Assembly (NCBI GenBank): GCA_045577835.1
Contig: JAZNJD010000053.1
Location: 1,252-65,251 of the forward strand
DNA: 64,000 nt
Source: Acutalibacteraceae bacterium
GTDB lineage: Bacteria; Bacillota; Clostridia; Oscillospirales; Acutalibacteraceae
Reading direction: 5' to 3'
In this document: positions 1-10,465 of the stretch, piece after piece
How positions within the stretch are numbered: position 1 is the first letter of the stretch
Layout of the letters: the number at the start of each line of letters is the position of its first letter
The notes under the pieces: model-generated
Database searches by the model: none
What the model saw: the letters and a program-made list of their open reading frames with translations, nothing else
Told to the model about the DNA's origin: nothing
Made by a program: the position numbers and the translations under genes

Positions 1-601
1 CGGTAACAGCCATCTGCTTGCGCTTTATCGGATGTCTGCCAATCGGCGCTTCTATCTTGCCGCTATCCTCTTTTATATTACCGTAGACTACCGCCTCATA
101 TTCCCTTAAAAAGCTATGCTCCTTAATCTGTGAAGCAAGGCTAAGATGCGCTTTATCGTTTTTAGCGACCATCAAAAGTCCTGAGGTGTTTTTATCTATT
201 CTATGCACAATGCCCGGGCGCATAACACCGCCAATACCCGAAAGCGACTCGCCGCAATGATGCATAATGGCATTTACAAGTGTACCCGAATAGTTGCCTG
301 CGGCGGGGTGTACCACCATTCCTTTTGGCTTATTAACAACCAAAAGGTCGTTATCCTCATAGAGAATTTCAAGCGGTATATCCTCTGCCTCGGCAGAATA
401 CTCTTTAGGCTCAGGTAGGCTTATTTCTACCTTATCGCCGTTTTTCAGCTTATAGTTTTTAGGGCGAGAAAGACCGTTTACAAGTACATTGCCCTCTACA
501 ATTATATCAGCGGCACGGGAACGTGTTATATCACACGCGCTAGCTACAAAAACATCCAGTCTTTCACTCGCACCCTCGAAAACGCTATTTATCTGATTCA
601 T
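1..601 (-). CDS. rluD: RluA/RluD-family pseudouridine synthase (3' end runs off the window)
   Basis: Own translation from ATG at 601: MNQINSVFEGASERLDVF..., an S4-like N-terminus, then the RPGIVHRIDKNTSGLLMVAKND catalytic motif. Lies directly downstream of lspA and overlaps its stop. Absent from the ORF track because it is truncated by the window edge. Confidence 0.85.
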   Translation of the reverse strand, partial: MNQINSVFEGASERLDVFVASACDITRSRAADIIVEGNVLVNGLSRPKNYKLKNGDKVEISLPEPKEYSAEAEDIPLEILYEDNDLLVVNKPKGMVVHPAAGNYSGTLVNAIMHHCGESLSGIGGVMRPGIVHRIDKNTSGLLMVAKNDKAHLSLASQIKEHSFLREYEAVVYGNIKEDSGKIEAPIGRHPIKRKQMAVT

Positions 602-1106
602 TATTTACAATAGCCTTTGCGGCATTAAGCCTTTTTTGTCTTTCATCATTTATCATACCAATAGCAAAATAAAGTATTAAAAGACATGCGCCTATCACAA
701 TAGATATATCGGCAATGTTGAAAACGGGGAAGTCTTTCCAAAAGGCGAAGTGTAGAAAATCTATTACCTCGCCGCCTCTGAAAATACGGTCGATCATATT
801 GCCGATACCGCCCGAAAGTACTAAAATAAGCGACCAAAATATAAGCTTGTTTTTCAATCCGTAACGCATAAGCAAAGCTATACAAATAAGCATTATAATA
901 AGCGTTATAGAAACGAGCAACCAGGTATAACCGCTAAGCATACCCCAAGCGCCGCCCGTATTGTGAATATAGGTAAAATCAAGTATGCCACCTATAAACT
1001 CGGTTGATTCGCCAAGCTCAAAATTTGCGGCAACAAGCATTTTAGTATATTGGTCTGCAACCAAAACGCCTAAACCTATTATTACTGCAAGAATATAAGA
1101 AATCAC
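585..1106 (-). CDS. lspA: Lipoprotein signal peptidase II
   Basis: 173 aa with 4 TM segments. Contains NTGGAWG and FNIADISIV motifs typical of LspA. Confidence 0.9.
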   Translation of the reverse strand: MISYILAVIIGLGVLVADQYTKMLVAANFELGESTEFIGGILDFTYIHNTGGAWGMLSGYTWLLVSITLIIMLICIALLMRYGLKNKLIFWSLILVLSGGIGNMIDRIFRGGEVIDFLHFAFWKDFPVFNIADISIVIGACLLILYFAIGMINDERQKRLNAAKAIVNNESDK

Positions 1107-1120
1107 AAAACTACTCCCTT

Positions 1121-1798
1121 TTATTCCTCTACTGTTTCTGTATCGTCGGTTTCTTCGCCGACACTGCTTAATTCGTTGCGGTTTTCATACTGCTTAGCAG
1201 CTAATGTTGCTGCCTTCGCAGGCTCTACCGGCACAGCATCGGGGATATGAGATAAAAGCTCTAAATGCTCTTTATACTTTTCGGTTATTTCTGCTTTAAA
1301 AGAGGCAACCTCTTCTTTTAGTTTATCAAAAAGCTGTTGTTGTCTCTCAACGCTTTGTGTAGTTGCTTCTTCAATTGCCTGTTTGCGAGCGGTAGCGTCT
1401 TTTATAGCGCTTTCCATTTCATTTTCGAAAGCGGTTTTGCGCTCGTTTGCCTTTTGCTCAAATGCAAATGTAAGCTGTTTTTCACGCTCGCTTATCATTG
1501 AAATACTATTTTCAGCATCCTTAATTATCTGCTCACTCTTCTGCTTTGCCTCTGCTACTATCTGGTCAGCAAGGCGCTGTGCAGAGAGCAGCACGCTTTG
1601 GATACTATCCTGTGAGCTTTTAAGATTTTGAACCTCGTTTTCAAGCTCCTTTATCTTGGTATCACGCTCGGTGATAACCCTTTCATATCTTGAAAAATCT
1701 ACCTCGATTTTATCGAGAAGAATCTCTACCTCTTCCTTCTTGTAGCCATTCATAGAGTTTGAGAATTTAATGTTTTTAATATCGGTTACATTAAGCAT
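1121..1798 (-). CDS. divIVA: DivIVA-domain cell-division protein
   Basis: N-terminal LNVTDIKNIKFSNSMNGYKKEEV DivIVA motif followed by a long coiled coil. I prefer the ATG at 1798, preceded by GGAGG at 1806-1810, over the track's GTG at 1816. Confidence 0.8.
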   Translation of the reverse strand: MLNVTDIKNIKFSNSMNGYKKEEVEILLDKIEVDFSRYERVITERDTKIKELENEVQNLKSSQDSIQSVLLSAQRLADQIVAEAKQKSEQIIKDAENSISMISEREKQLTFAFEQKANERKTAFENEMESAIKDATARKQAIEEATTQSVERQQQLFDKLKEEVASFKAEITEKYKEHLELLSHIPDAVPVEPAKAATLAAKQYENRNELSSVGEETDDTETVEE

Positions 1799-1812
1799 TT
1801 CTTTTCCTCCGC

Positions 1813-2547
1813 TCACAAAAATTTTGTGTACTTTATTATTATACGACCTTTTTTAGAGAATTCATCGGCGCTCACAATTTCAAATTTACCTTTGCCTCTT
1901 ACCGAAATTGTATCGCCGTTTGCTACCTTTACGGTACTTTTTTGCTGTGTAAACGAGTTAAGTATAACCCTACTATCATTTATAAGCTCTACTGCGGTAT
2001 TTCTCGAAACTGAGCAAATAGAGGCTACTACACAGTCAAGCCTTGTTGACGCTACTGTATCGGTAAATTCCTTTTTTACAGAAACACAAGGCAGCGGCAA
2101 GGAAAAGCCCTCCTCTACCGTAACGCCTACCCTACCAACCCTTGAAAGCTGCTCCTTTACAAAAGGGGTTATCTCTCGGCTTAAAAAGATGACTGCTCTG
2201 CCGTCCTCAATCAAAATATCGCCTATCTTATCCCTTTCAATGCCTAGCGCTATTACCGAGCCTAAAAAGTCTCGGTGTGTTAAGGAATATGCCTTGTTAT
2301 AGCGAATAGTGAGTGCGCTAATAGGGTATTCTGCCTCCTCGCACCATTCGGGAAGACAGGCAAGATATACCCGCTGAGCATCAGGAAAGCCTCCGCCAAA
2401 GCAGAATTTCACATCGCTATTCCTTAAAGTGTCTGCCGCTAGCACAGCATTTTCCTCGCTTAAAAAACCAAGATACCGAGGCACCTCAGTTTTTATTGCA
2501 CGCTCTGCTGTATCCTTAATTCTAGCTATTAGCAGTGCGCTATCCAT
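1813..2547 (-). CDS. ylmH: YlmH-like S4-domain RNA-binding protein
   Basis: 244 aa with a C-terminal S4-like segment (RLDCVVASICSVSRNTAVELI). Conserved position between sepF and divIVA. Confidence 0.7.
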   Translation of the reverse strand: MDSALLIARIKDTAERAIKTEVPRYLGFLSEENAVLAADTLRNSDVKFCFGGGFPDAQRVYLACLPEWCEEAEYPISALTIRYNKAYSLTHRDFLGSVIALGIERDKIGDILIEDGRAVIFLSREITPFVKEQLSRVGRVGVTVEEGFSLPLPCVSVKKEFTDTVASTRLDCVVASICSVSRNTAVELINDSRVILNSFTQQKSTVKVANGDTISVRGKGKFEIVSADEFSKKGRIIIKYTKFL

Positions 2548-3008
2548 TAAAAGTAAACTTTGCTATCGTCAAACTCGTCGAACATAAGCTCGCCCATAAG
2601 GTCCACATCGTAAGCCACAATTATAAAGGTGCTATTAGCAACCTTTTTAATGCTTCCGTGATTAGCGTATGCCACGCCGCTTAAAAAGTCGATTATTCTT
2701 CTTGAAACCTCTCTGTTTGCGGCTTCAAGATTTAAAACTACGGTCTTTTTATCGTTGAGATGGTCTGCTATAGAGGTTACGTCTTCAAAACGGTCAGGCT
2801 TTACTAAAACTACCTGAAGCTGACGTGATGTATTTTGATTTTGGTTTGATGCCTTTGATTTAATTATGCGTGGGGATGACTCCTGCTTCTTTGGCTGAGC
2901 ATAATCATCTTCAACCTTTTTTTCAGGCTCTATATCTCTTATTTCCTCCTCGTAATCATCTTCTTCGGGGATGGTCATAATGTTTTTGATGCTGTCCCAA
3001 ATTTTCAT
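2547..3008 (-). CDS. sepF: Cell division protein SepF
   Basis: 153 aa. Low-complexity linker, then the conserved SepF core (VVLVKPDRFEDVTSIADHLNDKKTVVLNL...DFLSGVAYA). Confidence 0.85.
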   Translation of the reverse strand: MKIWDSIKNIMTIPEEDDYEEEIRDIEPEKKVEDDYAQPKKQESSPRIIKSKASNQNQNTSRQLQVVLVKPDRFEDVTSIADHLNDKKTVVLNLEAANREVSRRIIDFLSGVAYANHGSIKKVANSTFIIVAYDVDLMGELMFDEFDDSKVYF

Positions 3009-3045
3009 TTTTACAACTCCTTACATAATTTAACTGCTTCGCAGA

Positions 3046-3756
3046 TTATTTATTATATATTCGCTTTCCAAAGAGGGCACTGCCAACCCTTACGATGTTA
3101 GCACCTTCGCTGATTGCCACCTCGTAATCGTCCGACATTCCCATAGACAGAAAGTCCATACTACTATTATCTATTTTTTTGGCTCTAATGTCAATAAACA
3201 GTTTATACATAATAGAAAAATATTTTCTATTATCTTCTGCATTTTCGCATATAGGCGGTATTGCCATTAAACCTTTAACGCAAATATTGGGAAGTTTTGC
3301 TATTTCTCTAACCGCATTTTCGGTTTCCTCTGCCAAAAATCCCGACTTGCTTTGCTCGTTACCTATATTAACCTCAAGCAAAATATCGGTGGTTTTATTA
3401 AGCTTTGCACTCTGCTTTGAGATTTCCTTAGCCAGACGAACAGAGTCTACCGAGTGGATTAGCTCTACAAAAGGAACTATATCCTTTACCTTATTGGTTT
3501 GAAGATGGCCTATAAAATGCTTATGACAGGGCAAAAGGCTATCCTTTTTAGATAAAAATTCCTGAACTCTGTTTTCACCGATATATTCTAGTCCTTCAGA
3601 AATGGCATAGTTTATTCGCTCAACCTCTACCGTTTTTGTGGCGGCAAGAAAAATTATATTCTCTGCTTTTCTTCCCGATTTTTCGGCAGATATAGCGATA
3701 TTTTGCTTTATTTCTTTAAAATTTATATCGAAATCCTTATCCGATAACCTTTCCAT
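3046..3756 (-). CDS. ylmE: YggS/YlmE-family PLP homeostasis protein
   Basis: 236 aa. LLAATKT, GENRVQE and HFIGHLQTNKV motifs of the YggS family. Confidence 0.9.
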   Translation of the reverse strand: MERLSDKDFDINFKEIKQNIAISAEKSGRKAENIIFLAATKTVEVERINYAISEGLEYIGENRVQEFLSKKDSLLPCHKHFIGHLQTNKVKDIVPFVELIHSVDSVRLAKEISKQSAKLNKTTDILLEVNIGNEQSKSGFLAEETENAVREIAKLPNICVKGLMAIPPICENAEDNRKYFSIMYKLFIDIRAKKIDNSSMDFLSMGMSDDYEVAISEGANIVRVGSALFGKRIYNK

Positions 3757-4945
3757 CGTACAGCTTTCTTCCTTTCACAACTACCTCATCATAAAGTCTT
3801 AGCACCGTTTCCTCGGCCGACTGCTTTTGCTCGCATATTATATAGTCCGAGGTGCTGTAGATTACATTAACCTTAACAAATTTTACGGTTATTCCCGAAA
3901 CCACATATACACCTGTTTGACCGTCCACTACCCTAAGTGCTTTTTTAGATACTTTAAGTCCTGAATATTCCTTGTTGACAACCGTCATAGCGCCTGTTCG
4001 CATAGACGCTAGCTCACTGTTCATTTGATTACAGGAAAAGATTACAACGGCAGAATTAGAATCCTCAGAAATATTGATACGCTCAACCATAACAGGAAGC
4101 ACAGGGCTTGATTTTACAGAGGTTTTAATCGAGAGAGTATCGCCCTCTTTATATTTAAGCGAATCCTTTAACGGCACCTTAGCCGCTATAAACCATTCAT
4201 AGTCCGATACAATCTTACCTATCGTGCCGCCCTGTGTTTTTTGAGGCTTTATGCTTGATAGATAATCAGGTGTAATTTCGGATAGCGATTTTTCGTTTAA
4301 TATGTTTTCATAACCATCGGTAACAGAAACAAAATATCCTGATAGCTCTGCCTTTATCGCGCCCTTTGAGACGGGAAGAGAATTATTTAAGAGGCTAAGC
4401 TGTTCGTTAAGCTCGGCAAGCTGCTTTGAAAAATCGGTCTGCTCGCCCGTTATTACCTGTTTACGATTTACTGCCGAAAGAAGCTCGGTAGTATCCCTAG
4501 AAGCTTCCCTGAAATCACCCGAGGAGCTATTAAAAACAAGCTCTCCCAAAGCCTTTCTGATTTTTTCGTTTACAAGCTCAATATCCGCCGCTTGAACATC
4601 GTTATAGTTTTGTATTTCGGTAATATCCTCAATCTTTTGCTTTATTTCTTCTATTTTAAGAACGGTTGCAGAGGCGTCTGTGTTACCGTAAAGCTGTGCT
4701 ACTGTGCCGCCCTTTGCCACCCTTTGTCCGCTTTCTACGGCGAAGTGCAGTACATCGGACGAATTACTCTCAATTATATGTTCTTTTCTTATAACAAAGC
4801 CGGTGATATTAAGACCGTCCGTAGCGGTATAGAAATTGGCACTTTGGGTTGTAATAGGCTTGTACACAGCAGAATAAAGCTGATGAATAATAAAAACAAC
4901 CGCAAAAACACCTATTAAAATTTTAGGCAGAGTATTTTTTTCCAT
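3737..4945 (-). CDS. HlyD-like membrane-fusion / biotin-lipoyl-like domain membrane protein
   Basis: 402 aa. N-terminal TM, coiled-coil middle and beta-rich ends resembling HlyD-family adaptors. Family call is tentative. Confidence 0.45.
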   Translation of the reverse strand: MEKNTLPKILIGVFAVVFIIHQLYSAVYKPITTQSANFYTATDGLNITGFVIRKEHIIESNSSDVLHFAVESGQRVAKGGTVAQLYGNTDASATVLKIEEIKQKIEDITEIQNYNDVQAADIELVNEKIRKALGELVFNSSSGDFREASRDTTELLSAVNRKQVITGEQTDFSKQLAELNEQLSLLNNSLPVSKGAIKAELSGYFVSVTDGYENILNEKSLSEITPDYLSSIKPQKTQGGTIGKIVSDYEWFIAAKVPLKDSLKYKEGDTLSIKTSVKSSPVLPVMVERINISEDSNSAVVIFSCNQMNSELASMRTGAMTVVNKEYSGLKVSKKALRVVDGQTGVYVVSGITVKFVKVNVIYSTSDYIICEQKQSAEETVLRLYDEVVVKGRKLYDGKVIG

Positions 4946-4948
4946 AGC

Positions 4949-5878
4949 CTAAATTTTCCTTTCTATAATTTCAAGAGCCGATTTTACTGTGTTTTGTTCT
5001 CTATCGGCAAAAATCCAATTTATTCTCTCTTCCCTGTTAAACCAGGTCAGCTGTCGCTTAGCATAGCGTCTTGTTGCACGCTTAAGATTTTCGGTTGCCT
5101 CTTCGAGCGTTATTTTACCATCGAAAAATTCGAAAAACTCCTTGTGACCTATTGCCTGAACGGCGCCGCCGCTATTTGCATCAATATACGCTTTTCTAGC
5201 CTCTTCTAAAAGGCCATTTTGAAGCATTATATCAACACGCAGATTTATTCGTTCATAGAGCTTTTCTCTATCCTCATAGGTGATACCTATAAGAGTTACA
5301 TCGTAAGGCGAGGCTTCCTTTTTTGAAAGCTCATTTTGCTCGGTTTTTGAAAGACCGCCTGAGAGACTAAGCTCTAACGCCCTTATAATTCGCTTTGAAT
5401 CGTTAGGGTGAATTTTTTTAGCGGCATCGGGGTCTAAGCTTAACAGCTTTCTATACATTTCCTCGTTGCCTACCGCTTCAAGCTCGTTTGCAAGATTTTC
5501 TCGAAGCTTTACATCTGCGGCGTTGCCTAAAAACTTAACATTATCTATTAGCGAGTTTATATAAAGTCCTGTTCCGCCAACTATGACGGGCAGTTTACCC
5601 CTAGCCGTTATCTCGGCTATTTTTTTGTGTGCTAGTTCAACATAATCGGCAACTGTAAATTTAGTATCAGGGTCTAAAAACTCAAAAAGATGGTGAGCAA
5701 TTCCCTGTTTTTCCTCATCATTAGGTGCGGCAGAGGCAATTGAAATGCCCTTATAAATCTGCATTGAATCGGCGTTTATTATTTCACCGTTTAAAGCCTT
5801 TGCTAGCTCTACTGAAAGTGCAGTTTTTCCCGATGCGGTAGGGCCTACCACACATAAAATTTTTATTTTATCATTCAT
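4949..5878 (-). CDS. miaA: tRNA dimethylallyltransferase
   Basis: VVGPTASGKT P-loop and ADSMQIYKG motif. 309 aa. Confidence 0.92.
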   Translation of the reverse strand: MNDKIKILCVVGPTASGKTALSVELAKALNGEIINADSMQIYKGISIASAAPNDEEKQGIAHHLFEFLDPDTKFTVADYVELAHKKIAEITARGKLPVIVGGTGLYINSLIDNVKFLGNAADVKLRENLANELEAVGNEEMYRKLLSLDPDAAKKIHPNDSKRIIRALELSLSGGLSKTEQNELSKKEASPYDVTLIGITYEDREKLYERINLRVDIMLQNGLLEEARKAYIDANSGGAVQAIGHKEFFEFFDGKITLEEATENLKRATRRYAKRQLTWFNREERINWIFADREQNTVKSALEIIERKI

Positions 5879-7785
5879 TGTATTCTGCCAAACTGCCTTT
5901 CAAGCTCTTTTTTCTTTATCTCAAAGGCAACAGGTCTACCGTGAGGACAGTACATAACCTTATCGTCAGACAATGTATCGTGTGCTAGCTTTAGCTGTTC
6001 TTCTTTAGAGGTTATGTATCCTGCCTTTATAGCCGCCTTACAGGCTACAGAATGGTATATATCGTCTATTCTTTCAATGTTTACCTGTGAGCCGCTAGTC
6101 AAACTGCTTGCAGCCTCGGTAACGATAGAAGCGGCGTCCTCATTCCTAAGCATTGCAGGAATAGCCCTTACAATAACCGAACCGTTACCGAAATCCTCGA
6201 TTTCAAAGCCTAGCGCCTCTAGTTTTTCTATATTTTCAAGCAAAGCGGTAATTTCGGTGTCACCTAGGCGCACCGTTACAGGCTCTAGTAAAACCTGACT
6301 TTCGCTATGGCCTTGCTCTTTTAGTTTATTAAAAATAATACGCTCGTGGGCGGCGTGCTTATCGATAAGAAACACGCTGTTTTCACACTCGACGATTATA
6401 TAGGTTGAAAACGCCTCACCTATATATTTAATCTCAAGCTGAGGCTTTTCTTCTGCTACCTCTTTAGCCGCCTCCGGCTCCTTTACAGGCTCTGCTTTAG
6501 GTGTTGGCTCTTCGTATTCTATCATCACCGATTTATTATAGCTTATCTGCTCCTTATTTTCGGTGGTTTCTTGGATATACTTTTTAACCTCTTCACGCTC
6601 ATAAAGTGGACGCTTATCGTCCTCTAAAACAAACTTTTGTGGCTCGATAGCTTCAAAAATATTAACTTTCTTGTTTTCTGTTTTTTCTACTGCCTTTTCG
6701 GGTGCTTTTGGCACGCTTATGGGTTGCTGTGTATAGCTTTCTGCCGACATTTTACCGAAATCAGTAGGCTTTTTAAAAGCTATTTCAGGTCTTGTATCGC
6801 CCTTTTCGATAGCACTTTTTACAGCGTAATAAACGGCAGAGAAAACCTGTTTTTCGTCCGAGAAGCGCACCTCGGTTTTAGCGGGGTGAACATTAACATC
6901 AACCGCCTCTAAAGGCATATCAATCGACAGTACAAACGCGGGGAATTTGCCTACCATCGTGCTGTTTTTATATGCCTGTTCCACAGCGGCTATAACTGTA
7001 GCAGAACGAACCAGTCTGCCGTTTAAAAAGGTATACTGTGTAGCCCTTGACTGACGGCAAAGGAACGGCTTTGAAACAAAGCCCTCAACTAAGATATTAT
7101 CGGTTGTACCATTTACCTCTAAAAGTGAAGTGGCTATTTCTCTACCTAAAACACTGTAAATTGCAGTATAAAGCTTTCCGTCTCCTGAGGTGGAAAACTG
7201 TAGCTTTCCTTCCCTTATAAACTTAAACGCTATTTCAGGGTGGGAAAGGGCGGCACGCTCAACCACCGCCTGAACCGTTGTGCCCTCGGTGGCATCTTTT
7301 TTAAGGAACTTCATTCTCGCAGGGGTGTTATAAAAAATATCCCTTATGATGATTGTTGTACCCTGAGGACAGCCTGATTCTTCAAACAGCAGTTCGTTTG
7401 CGCCCTCAATTACATAGTGACTGCCAAGGGCCTCGTCCTTAGTTTTTGTAAACATTTCAATTCTTGATACACAGGCTGTAGCGGCAAGTGCCTCGCCTCT
7501 AAAGCCTAGGGTACCGATAGCGTTCAAATCGTCTGCCGATTTGATTTTGCTTGTAGCGTGGCGCAAAAAGGCTAGCGGCACATCGGAAGAATTTATACCG
7601 CAGCCATCGTCGGTTATTCTAATCATCGAAATTCCGCCACGGGAAATTTCAACCGTTATATGCTGAGCTTTAGCATCTATTGAATTTTCAATTAGCTCTT
7701 TTACAACCGAGGCAGGTCTTTCAACCACCTCGCCCGCAGCGATAAGCTCGGATATTTCCTTTGATAAAAGCTCTATTTTAGGCAT
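5875..7785 (-). CDS. mutL: DNA mismatch repair protein MutL
   Basis: GHKL ATPase N-terminus (IAAGEVVERPASVVKELIENSIDA, DDGCGI, GFRGEAL) and C-terminal dimerisation domain. Confidence 0.95.
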   Translation of the reverse strand: MPKIELLSKEISELIAAGEVVERPASVVKELIENSIDAKAQHITVEISRGGISMIRITDDGCGINSSDVPLAFLRHATSKIKSADDLNAIGTLGFRGEALAATACVSRIEMFTKTKDEALGSHYVIEGANELLFEESGCPQGTTIIIRDIFYNTPARMKFLKKDATEGTTVQAVVERAALSHPEIAFKFIREGKLQFSTSGDGKLYTAIYSVLGREIATSLLEVNGTTDNILVEGFVSKPFLCRQSRATQYTFLNGRLVRSATVIAAVEQAYKNSTMVGKFPAFVLSIDMPLEAVDVNVHPAKTEVRFSDEKQVFSAVYYAVKSAIEKGDTRPEIAFKKPTDFGKMSAESYTQQPISVPKAPEKAVEKTENKKVNIFEAIEPQKFVLEDDKRPLYEREEVKKYIQETTENKEQISYNKSVMIEYEEPTPKAEPVKEPEAAKEVAEEKPQLEIKYIGEAFSTYIIVECENSVFLIDKHAAHERIIFNKLKEQGHSESQVLLEPVTVRLGDTEITALLENIEKLEALGFEIEDFGNGSVIVRAIPAMLRNEDAASIVTEAASSLTSGSQVNIERIDDIYHSVACKAAIKAGYITSKEEQLKLAHDTLSDDKVMYCPHGRPVAFEIKKKELERQFGRIQ

Positions 7786-7817
7786 AAGACCGCCTCCTTT
7801 TTAACGTAAATGGTATA

Positions 7818-10427
7818 TTAAATAGATTTTGCTTTATTTGAAAGGTCAAAGAGTACCCCCATAGCCTCTATTGGTGTGAGTGTATTAACGTCTAGAGTTT
7901 TAAGTTCCTTTAACAAATCGGTAGCACCCTGAACCTCAAGCGGCAACTGTGCAGAGGGCTCGGATACTGTTTTATATGTAACAACACCCTCGTCGAGTGT
8001 TTTCTTGAGTATCTCTTTTGCGCGCTCTATTACAGTTTTAGGAATACCGCTAAGACTCGCCACCTCAATACCATAGCTTTCGTCCGCACCGCCGGGCACT
8101 ATTCTTCTAAGGAAGATAATATCGTCTCCACGTTTTTTAGCCGAAATATTATAGTTTTTAACACCTTTCAGCTCGTTTTCCATAGCGGTTAGCTCGTGAT
8201 AGTGGGTAGCAAAGAGGGATTTTGCACCTAGTTTTTTACGGTCGGCAACATATTCGAGTACTGCTCTTGCTATTGACATACCGTCGTATGTCGCGGTGCC
8301 TCTACCGATTTCGTCAAGGATAATTAGGCTATTTTTGGTTGCATTTTTAAGAATATCTGCAACCTCGCTCATCTCAACCATAAAGGTTGATTGACCTGAT
8401 GCCAAATCGTCCGACGCACCTACCCTTGTATACACAGCATCAACTATGCCGATTTCTGCCATCTGTGCCGGCACAAAGGAGCCCATTTGCGCCATTATTG
8501 TAATTAGAGCCGTCTGTCGCATATATGTAGATTTGCCTGCCATATTAGGACCTGTAATGATAGCGCAACGGTTATCGTTTGTATCAAGATAGGTATCATT
8601 AGTAACAAATGGGGTTTTAATTATTTGCTCAATAACAGGATGTCTTCCCCCTGTTATGTTTATAACACCGCTGTTCGTAACTAGCGGTCTTGTGTAATTA
8701 TTGTTTACTGCAACCTCGGACAGAGAGCACAGTGTATCAAGGCGTGCTATCGCATCGGCAGTAGCACGAAAACGCCCAGCCGCCTCAGCTACCTTTTTCT
8801 GAATCGACTCAAAAATCTCACGCTCAACCACAATAACACGGTCTTTTGCTGTGAGCACCCTTGTTTCAAGCTCTTTTAATTCCTCGGTTATGTAACGCTC
8901 GGCACCAACTAAGGTCTGCTTTCTTATATAATCCTCGGGCACCTTATCCTTAAAGGAATTGGTGACCTCGATATAGTAACCAAACACCCTGTTATAGCGA
9001 ACTCGAAGCGTTTTAATACCCGTTCTCTCACGCTCTCTGGTTTCAATTGAAGTAAGAAGTGAGGTGCCTGAATTCATAGCCTCTCGAAGTGAATCCACCT
9101 CGGCGCTATAACCCTTTTTTATTATTTTGCCCTCTTTTATCGTGTTGGGCGCTTCATCCGAAATCGCACTTTCAATAAGGTCTGCTATATCCTCTAGAGT
9201 ATCAATCTGATTAAATATTCCCTTTAGCATCTTGCAAGAAGCGTTTTTTAGAGCCTCTTTTACAAGGGGGAATTTTCTAGTAGTCTGCGCTATTGTTAAA
9301 AGCTCTTTAGGTAGCGCTGTACCGTATACCGTTTTTGTGATAATACGCTCTATATCCCTGATACCTGTCATAAATTCGATAGCTTCACAGCGCATAACGG
9401 TATCGGAGCATAGCTCTTCAATAGCATTTTGACGGAAATTTATCTCGTTTATTGAGGTTAGCGGTTGGGTTACCCAACTAGAGATTAGACGTCTTCCCAT
9501 TGCGGTTTTGGTCTTATCAAGAACACCTAAAAGCGAGCCTTTTTTAGAGCCTGTTCGCATAGTCTTCTTAAGCTCTAGATTTCGTGCAGCGGTCATATCA
9601 AGCCGCATAAACTGTGCAGGTGTATAGATATTAACCTTTTTAAGTGCTATCTCTTTACGCTTTCCGTTTTCAAAGAGATAATCTATTACCGCACCTAAAG
9701 CAATCTGCGAAGCACTGTCGGTTGCTACACCTAAATTTTCAGGGCTAATAACCTTAAATCCGTCACAAACGGTGGAATAGGTATAAGCCTTTTCAAATGC
9801 GGTGCTAGGTCTATTGGTAACCGTACCCTCAAATTTTTCCTTTAAAAAGGCAGAAAGAACAGGTCTTTCAAGGTTTTTTTCGGTAACAATTATCTCGGAC
9901 GGAGAAAATCTTACAATCTCATCAATTATTTTTATATCGGCATCGTTACCTGTAATTTCGGTAAGATGTGACTGACCTGTTGAAGCGTCAATAAAGCAGA
10001 CAGCGGCAGCGCTATCATTAAAGTAAACCGAGGCTAGAAAATTATTTTTAGACTCATCAAGCATATCGCCCTCAATAATTGTACCGGGGGTTATTATTCT
10101 CACGATTTCACGCTTAACTATGCCTTTAGCGGTTGCAGGGTCTTCGGTTTGCTCGCAAACGGCAACCTTATATCCCTTTTCTACCAAACGGGCAATATAT
10201 CCCTCGCAGCTATGATAGGGCACGCCGCACATTGGGGCACGCTCTTCAAGACCGCAATCTCTGCCTGTAAGTGTTAAATCTAACTCCTCAGAGGCAAGGC
10301 GGGCATCGTCAAAAAACATTTCATAGAAATCGCCAAGTCTAAAAAATATAATACTGTCCTTATTCTGCTCCTTGATTTCCATATACTGTGTCATCATAGG
10401 AGAAAGACCATCGGTTTTCTTTGCCAT
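7818..10427 (-). CDS. mutS: DNA mismatch repair protein MutS
   Basis: 869 aa. TPMMTQY...FYEMF N-terminus, GPNMAGKST Walker A and STFMVEM motif. Confidence 0.95.
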   Translation of the reverse strand: MAKKTDGLSPMMTQYMEIKEQNKDSIIFFRLGDFYEMFFDDARLASEELDLTLTGRDCGLEERAPMCGVPYHSCEGYIARLVEKGYKVAVCEQTEDPATAKGIVKREIVRIITPGTIIEGDMLDESKNNFLASVYFNDSAAAVCFIDASTGQSHLTEITGNDADIKIIDEIVRFSPSEIIVTEKNLERPVLSAFLKEKFEGTVTNRPSTAFEKAYTYSTVCDGFKVISPENLGVATDSASQIALGAVIDYLFENGKRKEIALKKVNIYTPAQFMRLDMTAARNLELKKTMRTGSKKGSLLGVLDKTKTAMGRRLISSWVTQPLTSINEINFRQNAIEELCSDTVMRCEAIEFMTGIRDIERIITKTVYGTALPKELLTIAQTTRKFPLVKEALKNASCKMLKGIFNQIDTLEDIADLIESAISDEAPNTIKEGKIIKKGYSAEVDSLREAMNSGTSLLTSIETRERERTGIKTLRVRYNRVFGYYIEVTNSFKDKVPEDYIRKQTLVGAERYITEELKELETRVLTAKDRVIVVEREIFESIQKKVAEAAGRFRATADAIARLDTLCSLSEVAVNNNYTRPLVTNSGVINITGGRHPVIEQIIKTPFVTNDTYLDTNDNRCAIITGPNMAGKSTYMRQTALITIMAQMGSFVPAQMAEIGIVDAVYTRVGASDDLASGQSTFMVEMSEVADILKNATKNSLIILDEIGRGTATYDGMSIARAVLEYVADRKKLGAKSLFATHYHELTAMENELKGVKNYNISAKKRGDDIIFLRRIVPGGADESYGIEVASLSGIPKTVIERAKEILKKTLDEGVVTYKTVSEPSAQLPLEVQGATDLLKELKTLDVNTLTPIEAMGVLFDLSNKAKSI

Positions 10428-10465
10428 CAGTTTACTTCCTTTAGTTTTTTAACTTAAAATGTCAA

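Noticed and set aside
1826-2302. 158-aa plus-strand ORF and many similar track ORFs antisense to long genes (e.g. 1383-1631, 3179-3502, 6014-6298, 36928-37461, 47285-47725, 49727-50107, 60068-60592)
   Set aside because: Each lies entirely inside a well-supported gene on the opposite strand. They have low-complexity, Ser/Leu/Ile-rich translations and no RBS, so they are shadow ORFs.
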